Shown: positions 50,535 through 62,344 of the stretch, in pieces
Position numbering within the stretch: position 1 is the stretch's first letter
How the letters are laid out: every line of letters starts with the position of its first letter
IMG/VR virus record: IMGVR_UViG_3300013426_000014
Span: 1 to 64,000 of that record
Length of the DNA stretch: 64,000 nucleotides
Direction: 5' to 3' (one strand)
DNA from: a virus
Taxonomy: Duplodnaviria > Caudoviricetes
Made by a program: the position numbers and the translations under genes
Notes under the pieces: model-generated
Told to the model about the DNA's origin: nothing
What the model saw: the letters and a program-made list of their open reading frames with translations, nothing else
Databases searched by the model: none

Positions 50535-50562
50535 AAAAAACACCGGAAAAAATTCCGGTGTT
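50535..50562 (-). terminator. Intrinsic terminator after MoxR gene
   Basis: AACACCGGAA-aaaa-TTCCGGTGTT with a T tract on the minus strand. Confidence 0.75.
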
Positions 50563-50584
50563 CATCTATTCAATCAAATCTGAC

Positions 50585-52540
50585 TTATTTATCTTCCGCG
50601 ACGGCGCCGAGTTTCTCGATGTACGGGCGGATCCTCGCGTAATACTCATTGTATCCCGGATCCTTCGGATCGCACGCACGGTCACGCTGTTCCGGCGTAG
50701 CCGGAAGATAGCGTTCAGGAATCGTCGTACCCTTCTTATATACAGGAGTCCTGACTGACATCAGACTGGTCGGCGCGAACATCCCGGTCTGGTTGCGGAT
50801 CAGCTTCACACAGCTGGTCCATGCCAGGGCGCGCATGGACTGATTCGTAATCTGCATCATCCACTTGACATAATTCTCGAACTGCTCCGGCGTCGGATTA
50901 GTCTTGTGGTTACCCGGACGAGCTGCCACTATCGCGTCGACGACGCGGGACACATTCGACGGGTTATCGGCGTTGAACGATATAGGAACCTTGTCGCCTT
51001 TCGTCCAGACATCCTCACAATATTTCTTCGGGAAAATCGCGAACAGGTTAAGGTAGTCATTGAAACGGCGGCCGACATTGCCGACGACCTTCTGACCGTT
51101 CCATCCCTTCGCATCAGGCGAGGACGGGACGACATCTGTCCCCATCACGCCGAAGAACTTCTGCATTTTCTGACCATTGATAAATTCAGCGTCCTTGCCG
51201 TTATTCGAACCCTTGATATATTTGCGGCTATGTTTCAATGTCTTAAACTCGTCACTAAGCTTCGCCCATGATGCCGGAGATTGACCTGCCGTCATCGCGC
51301 CGGCATCCGCGCCAAGATATCATGCGTCCTTGTTGTCCTGAAGAAATCCGATGATATCCTTATCGATGCCGGACCTTGTCGCCCAGTCAATTCATGAGTT
51401 GAAGTCCGGGATGAAATTATACTGCGTCCACCTGCGGCCGAACGCATTCTCCCATGAAATCTCAGCGTCACGCATATCCTCCTGCCTGTTTCCGGCGGCG
51501 ATTATATACCATTTACTGCCGAGACGGGCGTTACCGAGATTGCCCTCGTTAACAAGGTTCATGATAACGTTGAGCACACCGCGGTTCGCGCGGGAAAGCT
51601 CGTCGAAGAACAGCACGCCGCCTCCCTCCGACCCGTGCGAACAGTTCGCGAGCCGGTCGAGCTCCGCGTCCGTCTCTGGATCACCGGTCGGCTCGTACAT
51701 CGGAAGCCAGTTCTTCACAAGCTCGACGACCTTTGTGTGGTTCGCGTCCGGAACGGAAAGTGAGAAGTCATCATAATCCATCTTAGACAAACATGTATCG
51801 ATACAAGTCAACTTGTGGTTGATATCCGGATCCTCAGAAAGTTCCTTGAGTATACTGTGAATGATAGCGGTCTTGCCGATACCAGGCGCTCCCCATATCA
51901 TCATAGGATTCGCGTCGCCTTCGATCAGGTTCCTCCTGATATTCGAATAGAGCAAATCCTCGAAATCCTCGGTGTTGATATTTTCAAGACCGAGCTCCGG
52001 ATTGGCGTCGAGCTTGATGAACGCGTCATCCGGGACGATGCGCGCCTGTGCGATATCATACGCCTCGTTCATCTTCGCCGCACGGCGGGACGCTTTCCTT
52101 GCGTAATGCTCCGACACACCGTCGCCCACGGATATCTTGTCGATAAAATCGCGCCAGTACGCATTGACCTCACGAATGTCGTCACTTATCCTCGCGTCGA
52201 GATCCGCGATACCGATGCTCCTGTCGATGTCGACACCCTGATCGGCGGCGAGCTCGACAATATGCTCAGACGGGATAACCGTCACACCCATCGGAAGGGT
52301 CTCGTTCTGGAAGTTGACCGCGACAGTGAGCGGTGTCACGACCGTCCTGCCAGCGAAGACGGAGACGATCGTATTACCGATCTTCTTGAACATGTTCATA
52401 ATACGGCGCGCGCCGCGGCGAACAGCATCGCCGAACCGACCTTCATTCAAAAACTGGTCGATATCATCCCTGCCGTATTTCCGTACAAGATGCTCGAGAA
52501 GCGCACGATCCTTTCCGATCTCTGTTCTTCTATCCATCAT
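50585..52540 (-). CDS. MoxR-like AAA+ ATPase with N-terminal extension (651 aa, 2 TGA=Trp)
   Basis: WGAPGIGKT, LFFDELSRA, IIAAGNR, then PDFNS*IDWATRSGIDKDIIGFL...SPASW in one frame. Confidence 0.9.
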
Positions 52541-52556
52541 ATATTTGTTCGTTTGT

Positions 52557-52763
52557 TTATTTTTTCTTTATCAATGTCGTCGACTGGTTATGACCGTTAA
52601 ACTCCGCGCCGGAATATCCGGACCTGAATTCGCGAAAACCAGACTCGAACCCGCCCCTGCTCCACGCGTTATCATAAGCGGACCGCATCGCGGAAAAGAT
52701 CCGATGCGTCTCCGGTGGCAGCAGTACCGGACAATCCTTCACGTATTTCAAACCGGCTGACAT
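52557..52763 (-). CDS. Small hypothetical protein
   Basis: 68 aa, 20 nt downstream of ATAAATA (52784-52790), precedes MoxR. Confidence 0.45.
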   Translation of the reverse strand: MSAGLKYVKDCPVLLPPETHRIFSAMRSAYDNAWSRGGFESGFREFRSGYSGAEFNGHNQSTTLIKKK

Positions 52764-52817
52764 ATTCTAATCAATTACTGATTTATTTATTATGTGAAAA
52801 TCTTAATGTTCCACACA

Positions 52818-54680
52818 TTATTCAGCCGGCGGCGTCATCTCCGCGCTGCCTTCGCCTTCCATGCCGGATCCCGACATACCCATCTCGCCGCCCATTCCAG
52901 GACCCATATCCATGCCGCCGGACATTCCGCCCATTCCAGGACCCATATCCATGCCGCCGGACATTCCGCCCATTCCAGGACCCATATCCATGCCGCCGGA
53001 CATTCCGCCCATTCCAGGACCCATATCCATGCCGCCGGACATTCCGCCCATCCCTGCGTTCATTTCTTCCTGCTTCTTCTTCATCTCCGCTTCATCCTCG
53101 GCGCGATATTTCTCGTTCAGTTTCCAGTCGTCATCGGACAGGCCGAGATATTTGACCAGGAATCGCATCGAGAACACCGGACGTCCGTCAGCGCCGTTTA
53201 TACCAGACAAATTCTGTACGAGAGCCGCGCCATCCGATATGATCGCACGTTCCTTCGCGAGCACGAAAAGATTTTCCTCCACATATGAAAGACCAAGTGC
53301 GGAGCGGAGAACATTATTTGTCGCGAATGCGGGGTACTTAAGGCAGAACTGCATCCACATCGGCTTGACGAGCAATTCCTTAAACACCGTCCTGAGCCGG
53401 TTGATAAACAGGCTGAACTTGTACTCCTCCCTTGACACGGTGTTATTCGACGTCGGGACCGGGTTAGACGAGTCTCCGTCGACGCCCATCATCGTGAACC
53501 TGTCTTTCGGCAGCTGTGTCTCGATTATGAACCGCTGCCAGAAATATCGGAGCTGCTCTGTCGAGTTAAGGTCATATCCCTCGACACCGACTTCTGATAT
53601 CTCTGTCTGTGACCCCTCTCTGGACGGGAAGAAGAACGTCTTGTTGAACGAGAACTTCGGTTGGCCGTTGACCGTCACCTCTCCGGAGTTGTCGTCTATT
53701 ATGATATCCTCCTTGTAATACGCCTGCAGCTCATTGAGCCGGGTCCTCGCCATCTGTTCGGACTGCGACCCGATCGGGACAACGAACTTGATGCGTTTCT
53801 GCGCATTCTGCACGTTTCAAATGACACGGGAATTCTCGAGAGTCCTGAGCATGTTGAACGAACGCACGAGCTGCTCCGTGTAAGACAGGCGTGATATGAA
53901 ATTATTCCGCGCCCATGATATGTAAATCACGTTGGAGTCCGGCAGAATCCGCTCCTTCTCGGCGTCGCCGCGATACTGGATCCACACCTTGTACTCATTC
54001 CCGTCTTCATCGAACCTTATATCCGGCTCAAGTGTTACCGGGTCAAGCTCCTGAAAGCCGATTATGTCGACGGCCTTGCCTGTCGCCCGGTCCGTCTGGT
54101 ATATGATCTCGAACGCGAGAAACCCGTCGACCAGGAATCGCTTCATATACTGTCACGCATCGTCCGACTCGTTGAACTTGAACTTCGAGTACACACGCTT
54201 ATACGACTCGTTGATGGCATCGACGATCTCCTTGCCGTTCTCCTTCTTCAATATAGCGGTCAGATTCTTCGTGTTCGGATACGCGAAATAGTGGAAGTCG
54301 TCATACACGACCGTCTCATTCGTTATTGTATCGAGCACATACTCAATCTCGCCTTGAAGCGCGAAACGTCTCAGAAAATCCCGGCGAGCCGCGTAAGACT
54401 TATCGAAAAACGCGACGTACTCGTTGTTCCCGGCGATATTCGCGTATGTATTATACACATTTTGATTTTCCGTAAAGCCGGAGTTCGGATATATCGAGTT
54501 GGATGACTCCGCCGTCTCGGACGACCCGATGCCCCTCGCGAACCTGATGAGTGACTCGTCCCATTTAAGTCCGATGTTGCTGAGATTGAGAAGGTTCCGC
54601 TCGATCCGCCTGTGACCTCCGAAATTCGGCATCCCACCCGGCGCGCCGGCGAGCGCCTTTAATATGAATTTTTTGGCCAT
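52818..54680 (-). CDS. Portal protein (T4 gp20-like, 620 aa, 2 TGA=Trp)
   Basis: GEIEYVLDTITNETVVYD, DDA*QYMKRFLVDG, ELDP, FNMLRTLENSRVI*NV, FFFPSREG..TEI, VSREEYKFSLFINRLR. ATAAATA at 54707-54713. Confidence 0.92.
52888..53051 (-). repeat. Four perfect 39-nt tandem repeats encoding MSGGMDMGPGMGG in the portal C-terminal tail
   Basis: ccgcccattccaggacccatatccatgccgccggacatt x4 plus a partial unit. Confidence 0.95.
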
Positions 54681-54705
54681 CGATTCCTAATTTTCTGTAA
54701 TCATG

Positions 54706-55353
54706 CTATTTATCAGCCCGCAATACCGCCTGCTGCACAGCGGAAAGCGCGGCGCCGCGGATAGATTTGCCATAACTCAAGAACGGTATATATTTTCACA
54801 TGTCATACTCGACAAGCCTGATTTCCGTACAGTTCCGCACATAATACTGACGGCATGCGGAGGTTATATCAGCAGACAACCTGTAATTGACAGATTTCAT
54901 AAACATCCCGCGACGAACCGGATCGGCGAGCGTCTGATACAGGACATTATTCATGGTGAAACCGTCATTCTCGACATTATCATAAAAATCCGGATTCGTG
55001 TCATTGATGATGTCAAGCACCGCGGCCCTGAACTCGGGCAAAAGAAGATTGAAGTTGAGTCCTTCAATATGAGCCGGATCCGACCAGCCCGTCACCATGA
55101 CAAGCGGGACGACATCAGTAAACCTGACATCCGATATGACCTGCTCATCCGGCCTGACGTACATAAACGTGTATATCATACCGGGAATGAACACCGCCGG
55201 CTGTGACGACTCCATATCAAGATCAAACTCAGTCTCGAGCTTGTCTTGCCCGCGGCGTTTCCTTGACAGCGCGTAATCGACAAGATACGTGTACGCGGCG
55301 GATCTTTTCTCAGAATCCGCCGCGTACTTCCTGTAATATTCGGTATACGTCAT
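54706..55353 (-). CDS. DNA end-protector-like protein (T4 gp2-like, 1 TGA=Trp)
   Basis: PGMIYTFMY...DVVPLV...GLNFNLL...RQY...EYDM*KYIPFL, next to portal and gp4. Confidence 0.65.
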
Positions 55354-57383
55354 TATTTGAAGACAATACGTTTAATCGGTTTTATCTGCCGTGGACGCGT
55401 CACGCCAGAAGTGAAGTCAAGTTTTGACGGGGTGTGATCCGGTTTGTCGGAACCATCACAGACCGTGTCACGCTGCGCGAGCACCGGCTGGATGTTGCCG
55501 TCCGTGAACCTGAATGTCGACGGGCGTTTTTTCGGTAGCTTTTCCGGAACCGGAGTCGGATTCATTGAATCTACCGGATCAGCCGCGAACTTCAGCACGG
55601 TCCGGACGACGACCGGCGGCTTCACTGCCTCCACGACCACAGGATCTGCAGGTGTTTCTGTCAGGTTAGTCTCGACCGGACGGGACGGCGCGATGACGAA
55701 ACGGTCAACACCGAATTTCACCGCCTCGTTGTATAGACGGATTTCCTCTGCCGGGTTAACGGAAGTGAAACTTATGACAGCCGGCGGATCCGGGACGGCG
55801 TCATCCGGAACACCCGGCGTCTTCTCGACATCATCCGAATACGGAAAGCCGATCATGCTGACGTAACGGTCGTTGCCGCCATTCTTGACATTCTGCTTGT
55901 ATAGTGCGGAGTCATTATGCTGCGCCTCCAGTATAGGATCGCCGAGTCTTTTTTCATTCGGAACGTACACCGTCTTTATGCCCTTGTTGAACTCACGTTT
56001 CTTCAGCCATATATCATCAGCGTTGACATACTCCATAATAGACGACAGATCATCCGGGCAGATGTTCAGCGCGTCCGGCGGATATAGTATGCCGCCGCAT
56101 CCAGTCGCGATGAGCTGTGACGACGCGGCCTTCGCCTTCGTATAGTCATAGCCTCAGTTCTTATACGGCAGCGGCTTGCGGTCCGCTGAATACCTGATGA
56201 GATGCACGCGTCTGGCACACACCCGTGACGGATTCTTCATATACGCGTCGGTCAGGCTTTCGATGAGATCAGGTGTGTATACAGAATCGTCGTCCACCGT
56301 GATGACCGCGTGACCGCGGTATTTCATCATCGCGTAATAATATTTCTTGTGCGGCTTGAGATCGCCACACGGCTCATCCGACCAGATCAGATCCACACGC
56401 GGATCTGACAGATAATCAGAAAGCTCTGACGTCAGCCTGTCCCTGTCGCGGACGTCAAGGCAGACGACGATTCTACACGGCTGAACAGTCTGCCTGTACA
56501 GCGAGTTAATAACGGCAGGCAGGTATTGGATCCTGTCGCCGTATGATGTCAGCGACACGACGACGCGGGACCGCCGTTCATCGAGCTTCTTCGCGTATTC
56601 CGGAAAATATGAGAACAGCGTGTCATTTATCTTACCGTAATCATTCACCTTATGAAGCGCGGTAGGCATCGACTGTGTGCCCGGTATATAGCTCGCCGAA
56701 TTATCGAATATTTTTGACGACTGACGTATCGTCCTGTCCGCCATTATGTTAAAACAGAACTGCCATGACTCGTCTGACGTCGGGGACAGCCGCATGTAAA
56801 GATCCTCGTCGAAAAACCGCGGATCGGTAAATGTCCCGGCCGGATAGAGCACGCCGCCGGTGCCGTTCGCCGGCCGGGCGGTGTTGAACACGATGTCAGG
56901 AACGTCGTTAAAACTTCCGGCGGCTTTCTGCTTCCTGTTATCAAACCGGATAAGCCGATTCCCCGCGCCGAAGAAATATCCGAATGCTCCGCATATGATG
57001 TCATCCGGATATCTGTCGTGGTCGTCAATGAACATCTGCAGCCAGCCCGGCTGTCTGATGACGTCGTCGTCCGTTATCAGTATCGGGTTGGTCGGGTATT
57101 TCTTCAGCGCCGGCATCAGCTTCTTGTGCGAACGGGTGTTCGTCTCCGTCCAAACAAGTTCGATCTCTTTCTTTCTCACCATCGCGACGAGATCCGGTGG
57201 GAGATCTGCCTTCCCTCCCGGAAACTCCGGACGCGCGAGCGCAAGCATACACTTGTAGAGTCTCCTGTCGACATTCTGGTTCAGAATAGACCGGAACGCC
57301 GGGGCGACACACTCGATACGCGCCGGATACGACGTCATCGAAACTATGACCTTCTTCTTGAACTGTCCGTTGTTTGTTGCCAT
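55353..57383 (-). CDS. Tandem GT-A/GT2-like glycosyltransferase with Pro-rich tail (676 aa, 1 TGA=Trp)
   Basis: Two copies of VSxTSY..RI / SHKK or PHKK / ITxDDD / GxGGxLYP / DE or DD. TGA 56154-56156 lies inside domain 2. Confidence 0.85.
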
Positions 57384-57391
57384 ATCAATGT

Positions 57392-58000
57392 TTACATTAT
57401 TCCCAATTTCGTAAGCGTGTCCTCCGTCCACACGACGAACTTCATACCATGCGAGTCTGCCCACGCCTTTGCCGCTTTCCATTTCGCTTCGTTCGTCAGG
57501 TATGTGCGGCAGTCGAGCACGAACCGTTTCTGCTCCTTGAGCTTCGCCGTCGACTGAGGCGGGATCGGCCGAATCGTCTGTGCTTTCGGCTTCACCTCGA
57601 CGAGAAGCTTATGTGAGGCACAGTCAGAATCCTCGTCCCCGTCGTCATCCGACTGATTAAACTCTATGTAGAAATCGATGAAATAGCTTCGCACCGGCCA
57701 GATCGACGGATCCGCCGGGTTGAGCTGAAGCCGGCGTAACTCGTCAAAATCGAGATTGCCCGGATCACGGTATTCGATCTTCGCAACCTCTATGCCTCAC
57801 TTGCGTACATTCGGGTTGTCGTCACACCACCTGCACAAATCACGCTCCCATCCGGATCTATATATGAGCTCAGCCGGACTGCCGATGATTTTCTCCGGAT
57901 GTTGTGGCACATAATATCCCTGATGCGTGCCCTTCACCTCTCCCGATTCGGTAAGGTGTACGACCGGCTTGTGCGATCTTTTATGTGATTCAACGTCCAT
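57392..58000 (-). CDS. Head completion nuclease (T4 gp4 / TnsA-N-like, 1 TGA=Trp)
   Basis: QGYYVPQHPEK, IYRSGWE, WCDDNPNVRK*GIE, YFIDFY, LVEVKP, NEAKWKAA, FVVWTE. Confidence 0.92.
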
Positions 58001-58019
58001 AATATTTCTGTCTGTTAAA

Positions 58020-58047
58020 TATAAATAGCGTTTTCGGTTATATTTAT
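58020..58047. promoter_or_regulatory. Face-to-face late-promoter boxes: TATAAATA (+, 58020-58027) and ATAAATA (-, 58041-58047)
   Basis: Exact T4 late consensus pointing at the endolysin and a reverse copy pointing at gp4. Confidence 0.55.
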
Positions 58048-58088
58048 TATCCGAATTTTTAAGCCAAACATATTGACTGACAATAAGT

Positions 58089-58748
58089 ATGAATAGAAAT
58101 GATTTCATGGTAATCATCGACTGCGGTCACGGCGAATCGACACCGGGCAAACGATCGCCGTGATCAGCGAACAAAGTTGAGCCGGCCCTGCCGTTCTTTG
58201 AATGAGAATGAAGCAGGAAAGCCGGCAAGCTGGTGGCGGACAAACTGCAAGCGGCGGGGGTGAACACTGCATTCACTGTGAATCCGTCAGACCCGTCCGA
58301 TCTGAAACTCACGTTGAGATACAAATTAGCAAACAGGATCAAACAGGCGAACCCAAACAAGAAATGTATATTCCTGTCAATCCATGTCAATGCCGCCGGG
58401 AACGGCGCCAAATGGATGACCGGAACAGGATGATCCGCATACACGACAAAGGGTCAGAACAGATCCGATGTATACGCGGACAAACTGTATGACGCGGCGG
58501 AGGAAATATTGAAGCCGGCGGGAGTGCGGATCAGAACAGACAAATCGGACGGAGACAGAGACATCGAGGCAAACTTCACTGTGATATATGGGGCGGCAAT
58601 GCCGGCCGTGCTTGTCGAGAACATGTTTCAGGACAACGCATCAGACGTTGAATTCCTGACGAGCACAGACGGCATCGAAATGCTGACCGACGTGATGGTA
58701 AAGGGATCGATTGACTTCCTTGAATCGGAATACGGCGGAAAACGGTAA
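58089..58748 (+). CDS. Endolysin, N-acetylmuramoyl-L-alanine amidase (Amidase_3, 219 aa, 4 TGA=Trp)
   Basis: IIDCGHG..TPGKRSP*...FE*E*SR...LSIHVNA...GTG*SAYT...MPAVLVENMFQDN. TGAs at 58161, 58203, 58209 and 58431. Confidence 0.93.
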
Positions 58749-58762
58749 TTTACATATATAAC

Positions 58763-58792
58763 AAAAAGGACGTCAAATCGACGTCCTTTTTT
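58763..58792. terminator. Bidirectional intrinsic terminator
   Basis: AAAAAGGACGTC-aaatc-GACGTCCTTTTT. Confidence 0.85.
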
Positions 58793-59258
58793 ATTTTCCG
58801 TATGACTGTATCAGTTCTTCGACCTTGACCCGGCTGTTGATTCCATAAATGATATCATCAATAGATTTCAGCGTCTCTTGCATATACTTCGCGAGCGCGT
58901 TCAGCATCTCGATCCCGTATGTGTAATCCGACAAATCCGATGATATCTGAGCATTAATCGCTGAATCGGTGCCATACCGTATTTGAGACTGCGTCTTATA
59001 CCAATTATACCGCTCGGCGTAATCGCGCTTGTACTTCTTGGAATGTTCTGAAATCTTGTTGACAAGTGTGTAATAATACTCAAGACATTCCTGCCGAACG
59101 GGATATACGGTCGTCTGCAGCTCGACAAGATCAGGAAGTTTCTTTAACAATCCCGACATGTAATCCACCTTCGCCTTCCATTTCTCATAATGTGACGTCA
59201 CATATTCCTCGAGTGATGCTGACCGTTCCTCCGTTATCTGCTGACCGGCGTTTTCCAT
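58791..59258 (-). CDS. UvsY-like recombination mediator
   Basis: 155 aa helical protein translationally coupled to the RecA/UvsX gene. C-terminal YMQETLKSIDDIIYGI pattern. Confidence 0.55.
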   Translation of the reverse strand: MENAGQQITEERSASLEEYVTSHYEKWKAKVDYMSGLLKKLPDLVELQTTVYPVRQECLEYYYTLVNKISEHSKKYKRDYAERYNWYKTQSQIRYGTDSAINAQISSDLSDYTYGIEMLNALAKYMQETLKSIDDIIYGINSRVKVEELIQSYGK

Positions 59259-60508
59259 TATTCGTTATTGCCGTTTATGTCGCCGCCGTCATCAGTGAAG
59301 AACTCATCGAGATCGTCATGCGACTGGCCGGAAGGAAGCTGAAACGTCGGCTTGATTATTTCGTCGTCCAACTTGTGGAGCAGCTCGTCGGTGAACACCT
59401 TGTCTGTGAACAATTCAGTGATCGGAAGCGTCTGCCCCAGACGGGCGACGACAATTTTTCGGTTCTTATACTGCGCCGCGACCTTCGGTCTGGCGTACAT
59501 TGTCTGTCCATTATAATCAAATGTCTTCACTACCGATTTCTCCACATCAGAAAGCTTCTCGTAATCCTTCTCTGTCAGCAGCTCCCCCTCCATCACGCCG
59601 GAATTCTCCCACGTGAGATACTGTTCGAGCCCGACATACGGATTCGGCGCCTTGAAGAACGGTATCTGAAACTTTACCTTGACCGGACGGGTGAATCTCG
59701 ACTTGAACGGTGACGCGGTGACAAGCACACCGGTCCTTGTGTAGTCAGTCTTTCCCTTATTCTGCTCTACTATCTTCTCGCCGATCTTGTCGTCACGGAG
59801 CTGCGCCTTTGTCAGGATCATCGTTATCGACGGGTTGTACTTAAGCCCCTGTCCGCCGGAAACCTCGACACCGCCCATGAAATCAATCTTCGCGTAAACA
59901 TGATTGACGATAAGAAACGGAATCGCGAGCTTTGACATTTTTAACCCATTGACACGGAACAAAGCCTTGAGCTGCTGCTGTTTCGTCATATCCCGGACTT
60001 GATTACCCTCGGTCGAGTCGTTTTTCTCCTTGTCGGACGTCAAGTTGCCGACTGAATCAAGGATGACAAACACCTTGTCCTTTGATTTCGCCGCCGCCAT
60101 CTTGTCACACAGATTGGCAAGAAACGTGTTAACCTCTGATATGACGTTGACCGGAACGGCGATAAGTTTTGACGTGTCGACACCAATCCTGCCGGCAAAT
60201 TCCTTGTCCCACGCGCCTTCTGAATCAAGCACGATGACGGTATATCCTTTTTTCTGCGCCTCCCGCGCCATCGACGCGGCGAGATAAGACTTACCCGCGC
60301 CGGACTCGCCGGCGAGCATCATGGATCTCCTGTTGGGCAAACCACCAAACAATGATCCAGATACAGCGGCGTTGAGTATATACGATCCCGTACCGATATA
60401 ATCGTCACTGTTCGCTCACACAGCGGTCTCTATGATATCCGCGTCCGAATTAAGCGACTTGACAAGATCAAAAATCGATCCTCCCGCCACCTCTGTTTTC
60501 TTCGCCAT
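59258..60508 (-). CDS. uvsX: RecA/UvsX-like recombinase (416 aa, 1 TGA=Trp)
   Basis: IGTGSYILNAAVSG..FGGLP, AGESGAGKS, LDSE, ILDSVGNL, VNHVY, SGG. ATG 60508 is reached through TGA 60416-60418. Confidence 0.9.
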
Positions 60509-60592
60509 ATAAATCTAAATTCTTTTAACCATACATAATATAACAATGTCGGACGACTTATTTTTGACAGTCCGGCATAAAATATCACAGAA

Positions 60593-61096
60593 TTATCCCG
60601 CATTGAAACTCAGTTCCGGAATCAACGGAAAACCGGCGTACACGTCATAATCTTTCAGTCCGTCGACAGAATCAATCGACATAATCTCGCCACGCTTCCG
60701 CAAAAACACAAGGTCACACGCGTTCATATGAAGTCTCGCCTGTTTTATAAACTTACGGAGCAGATCGACAGTGACAGGGAACGGATACCCATCAATCACG
60801 GCGTCGCCGCCCGTATCATCCAAATCATCCGCCATGTCCCTGTAATCACGGATTGTTGCCTTTGTGACATGAATCTCGTTGCCATCAATCACTACATGTT
60901 CTGAACATGTCTTGTAATATGACGTCAGGTCATCAACCCGTTCCGATTTCCAGTCATCAACGGTCTTCACATAATCGACCCATCCGTTCTCATAAAATAT
61001 CTCGGGCGTCGGATTAAACACCCATGTTGACTCACCGATCCTGAGTGATTTGCCGTCAGACGTCTCACCGTCCTTAACATATTTAGGAAATTCCAT
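60593..61096 (-). CDS. Hypothetical protein (possibly DUF4376-like)
   Basis: 167 aa, C-terminal LKDYDVYAGFP pattern, coupled to the HD gene. Confidence 0.5.
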   Translation of the reverse strand: MEFPKYVKDGETSDGKSLRIGESTWVFNPTPEIFYENGWVDYVKTVDDWKSERVDDLTSYYKTCSEHVVIDGNEIHVTKATIRDYRDMADDLDDTGGDAVIDGYPFPVTVDLLRKFIKQARLHMNACDLVFLRKRGEIMSIDSVDGLKDYDVYAGFPLIPELSFNAG

Positions 61097-61791
61097 TATT
61101 GTCTGATTATATGTTCCATTGTCAATGATGACACGCTATCCGCTGTCTGGACGACCACAAGAAGCGGTGACATGTCGATGCTGTGCAGATATGCGGTTTT
61201 CGAATCATTCATGGACGAGCCGTCCCACGTGCCCATATGCCACCGTATCGCGAGCATCTCCTCCGCGTTCAGGTCGAGCCCGAATTTCTGGAGCATAATG
61301 ACAGATTTCTCTCCGTGCCCTATAGGAAACCTGTCATCGATCTCATACCCCTTGTAAGACTCCCACCGTCCAGACGAATCTTTTCTCCACTTATCCGCCG
61401 ACTTGTAAAAGCTGCATTTGCAAGTGTCGTGAAGAAGCGTCGTGAGAATCAGGCTGTCTGCCGCGACGCGTGAGCCGATATCCGGATTCATGACCTTCAT
61501 CATTTCAAGCAATCTGTATCCGGTAGACAGGACGAGCAGCGAATGATCGACAAGTCCGCCGTCATAATTAGAATGGTATTTCATACTCGACGGCGCGGTG
61601 AAATAATCCGACGTATCAAGAAATGAAATCACATTGTCAACACCATTCCTGCCCGTGCCGGCAAGCAGCGTCCGCACAGTGTTTCTTTTCTCGTCAGGCG
61701 ACGCGGCGATGACGTTCTTTTTCGTCATGGCCGTTATCAGTTCACGCTCCGTATCCGTAAACTCATACCGCAATATAGAAGAATCTGACAT
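61096..61791 (-). CDS. HD-domain phosphohydrolase
   Basis: APSSMKYH..YDGGLVDHSL, LLHD, GHGEKS, AIRWHMG, AD. Confidence 0.9.
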   Translation of the reverse strand: MSDSSILRYEFTDTERELITAMTKKNVIAASPDEKRNTVRTLLAGTGRNGVDNVISFLDTSDYFTAPSSMKYHSNYDGGLVDHSLLVLSTGYRLLEMMKVMNPDIGSRVAADSLILTTLLHDTCKCSFYKSADKWRKDSSGRWESYKGYEIDDRFPIGHGEKSVIMLQKFGLDLNAEEMLAIRWHMGTWDGSSMNDSKTAYLHSIDMSPLLVVVQTADSVSSLTMEHIIRQ

Positions 61792-61803
61792 ACAACCTAT
61801 TTT

Positions 61804-62334
61804 TTAATCGTCAAACAAACTATTGGCGTGTAATGTACTGTGCTCCATCGGACGATCAACAATGTCATCCACATCATCATCTGATACAGGATCAAGTACA
61901 ATCTCGACCTCATTGGACATGACAGACCAGTCAATATTATTCGGGCATATCTTCACGAACACGACGTTCAAGCCGTCAGCCTTGTACAGATAATCTGACA
62001 TCGCCGAATCATTCAGATATACCGAATATTCGTCATCCGTCACCGTGCGTAACAGACACCGCATTCCGTCAAAATCAATCTGGTAATACTGCTCTGTCCT
62101 GCCTTTCTTAATATCGGACAGCAACATTCCGCCTACTGATTTGTTCCATTCCACCATATACGTGCCGCCACATCCCTGTGACAGCATGAGATTGATCCTG
62201 CCTGCCTTATCCCGCCTTATCAGGACGGATCCGACCGCGATATTGACGCCGGGATCAAACTCATATCTCTTCAACGATCCGCCGGACACGGCGTCACCCA
62301 CACGGCGGATCAAAGACTTATCTAAAAACTCCAT
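61804..62334 (-). CDS. Hypothetical protein
   Basis: 176 aa ORF in a tightly packed operon. Confidence 0.6.
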   Translation of the reverse strand: MEFLDKSLIRRVGDAVSGGSLKRYEFDPGVNIAVGSVLIRRDKAGRINLMLSQGCGGTYMVEWNKSVGGMLLSDIKKGRTEQYYQIDFDGMRCLLRTVTDDEYSVYLNDSAMSDYLYKADGLNVVFVKICPNNIDWSVMSNEVEIVLDPVSDDDVDDIVDRPMEHSTLHANSLFDD

Positions 62335-62344
62335 AACATAAATA

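Noticed and set aside
52888-53051. 39-nt repeats as a CRISPR array
   Set aside because: Head-to-tail repeats with no spacers, in frame within the portal gene, and no cas genes.
58161-58433. TGA as Gly (code 25) or selenocysteine
   Set aside because: TGA aligns with TGG in paralogs within the window and with conserved Trp, not Gly or Cys.
52818-58748. Portal, gp4, gp2 and endolysin as pseudogenes or sequencing errors
   Set aside because: Every break is an in-frame TGA, never TAA, TAG or a frameshift, and several sit at conserved Trp positions.
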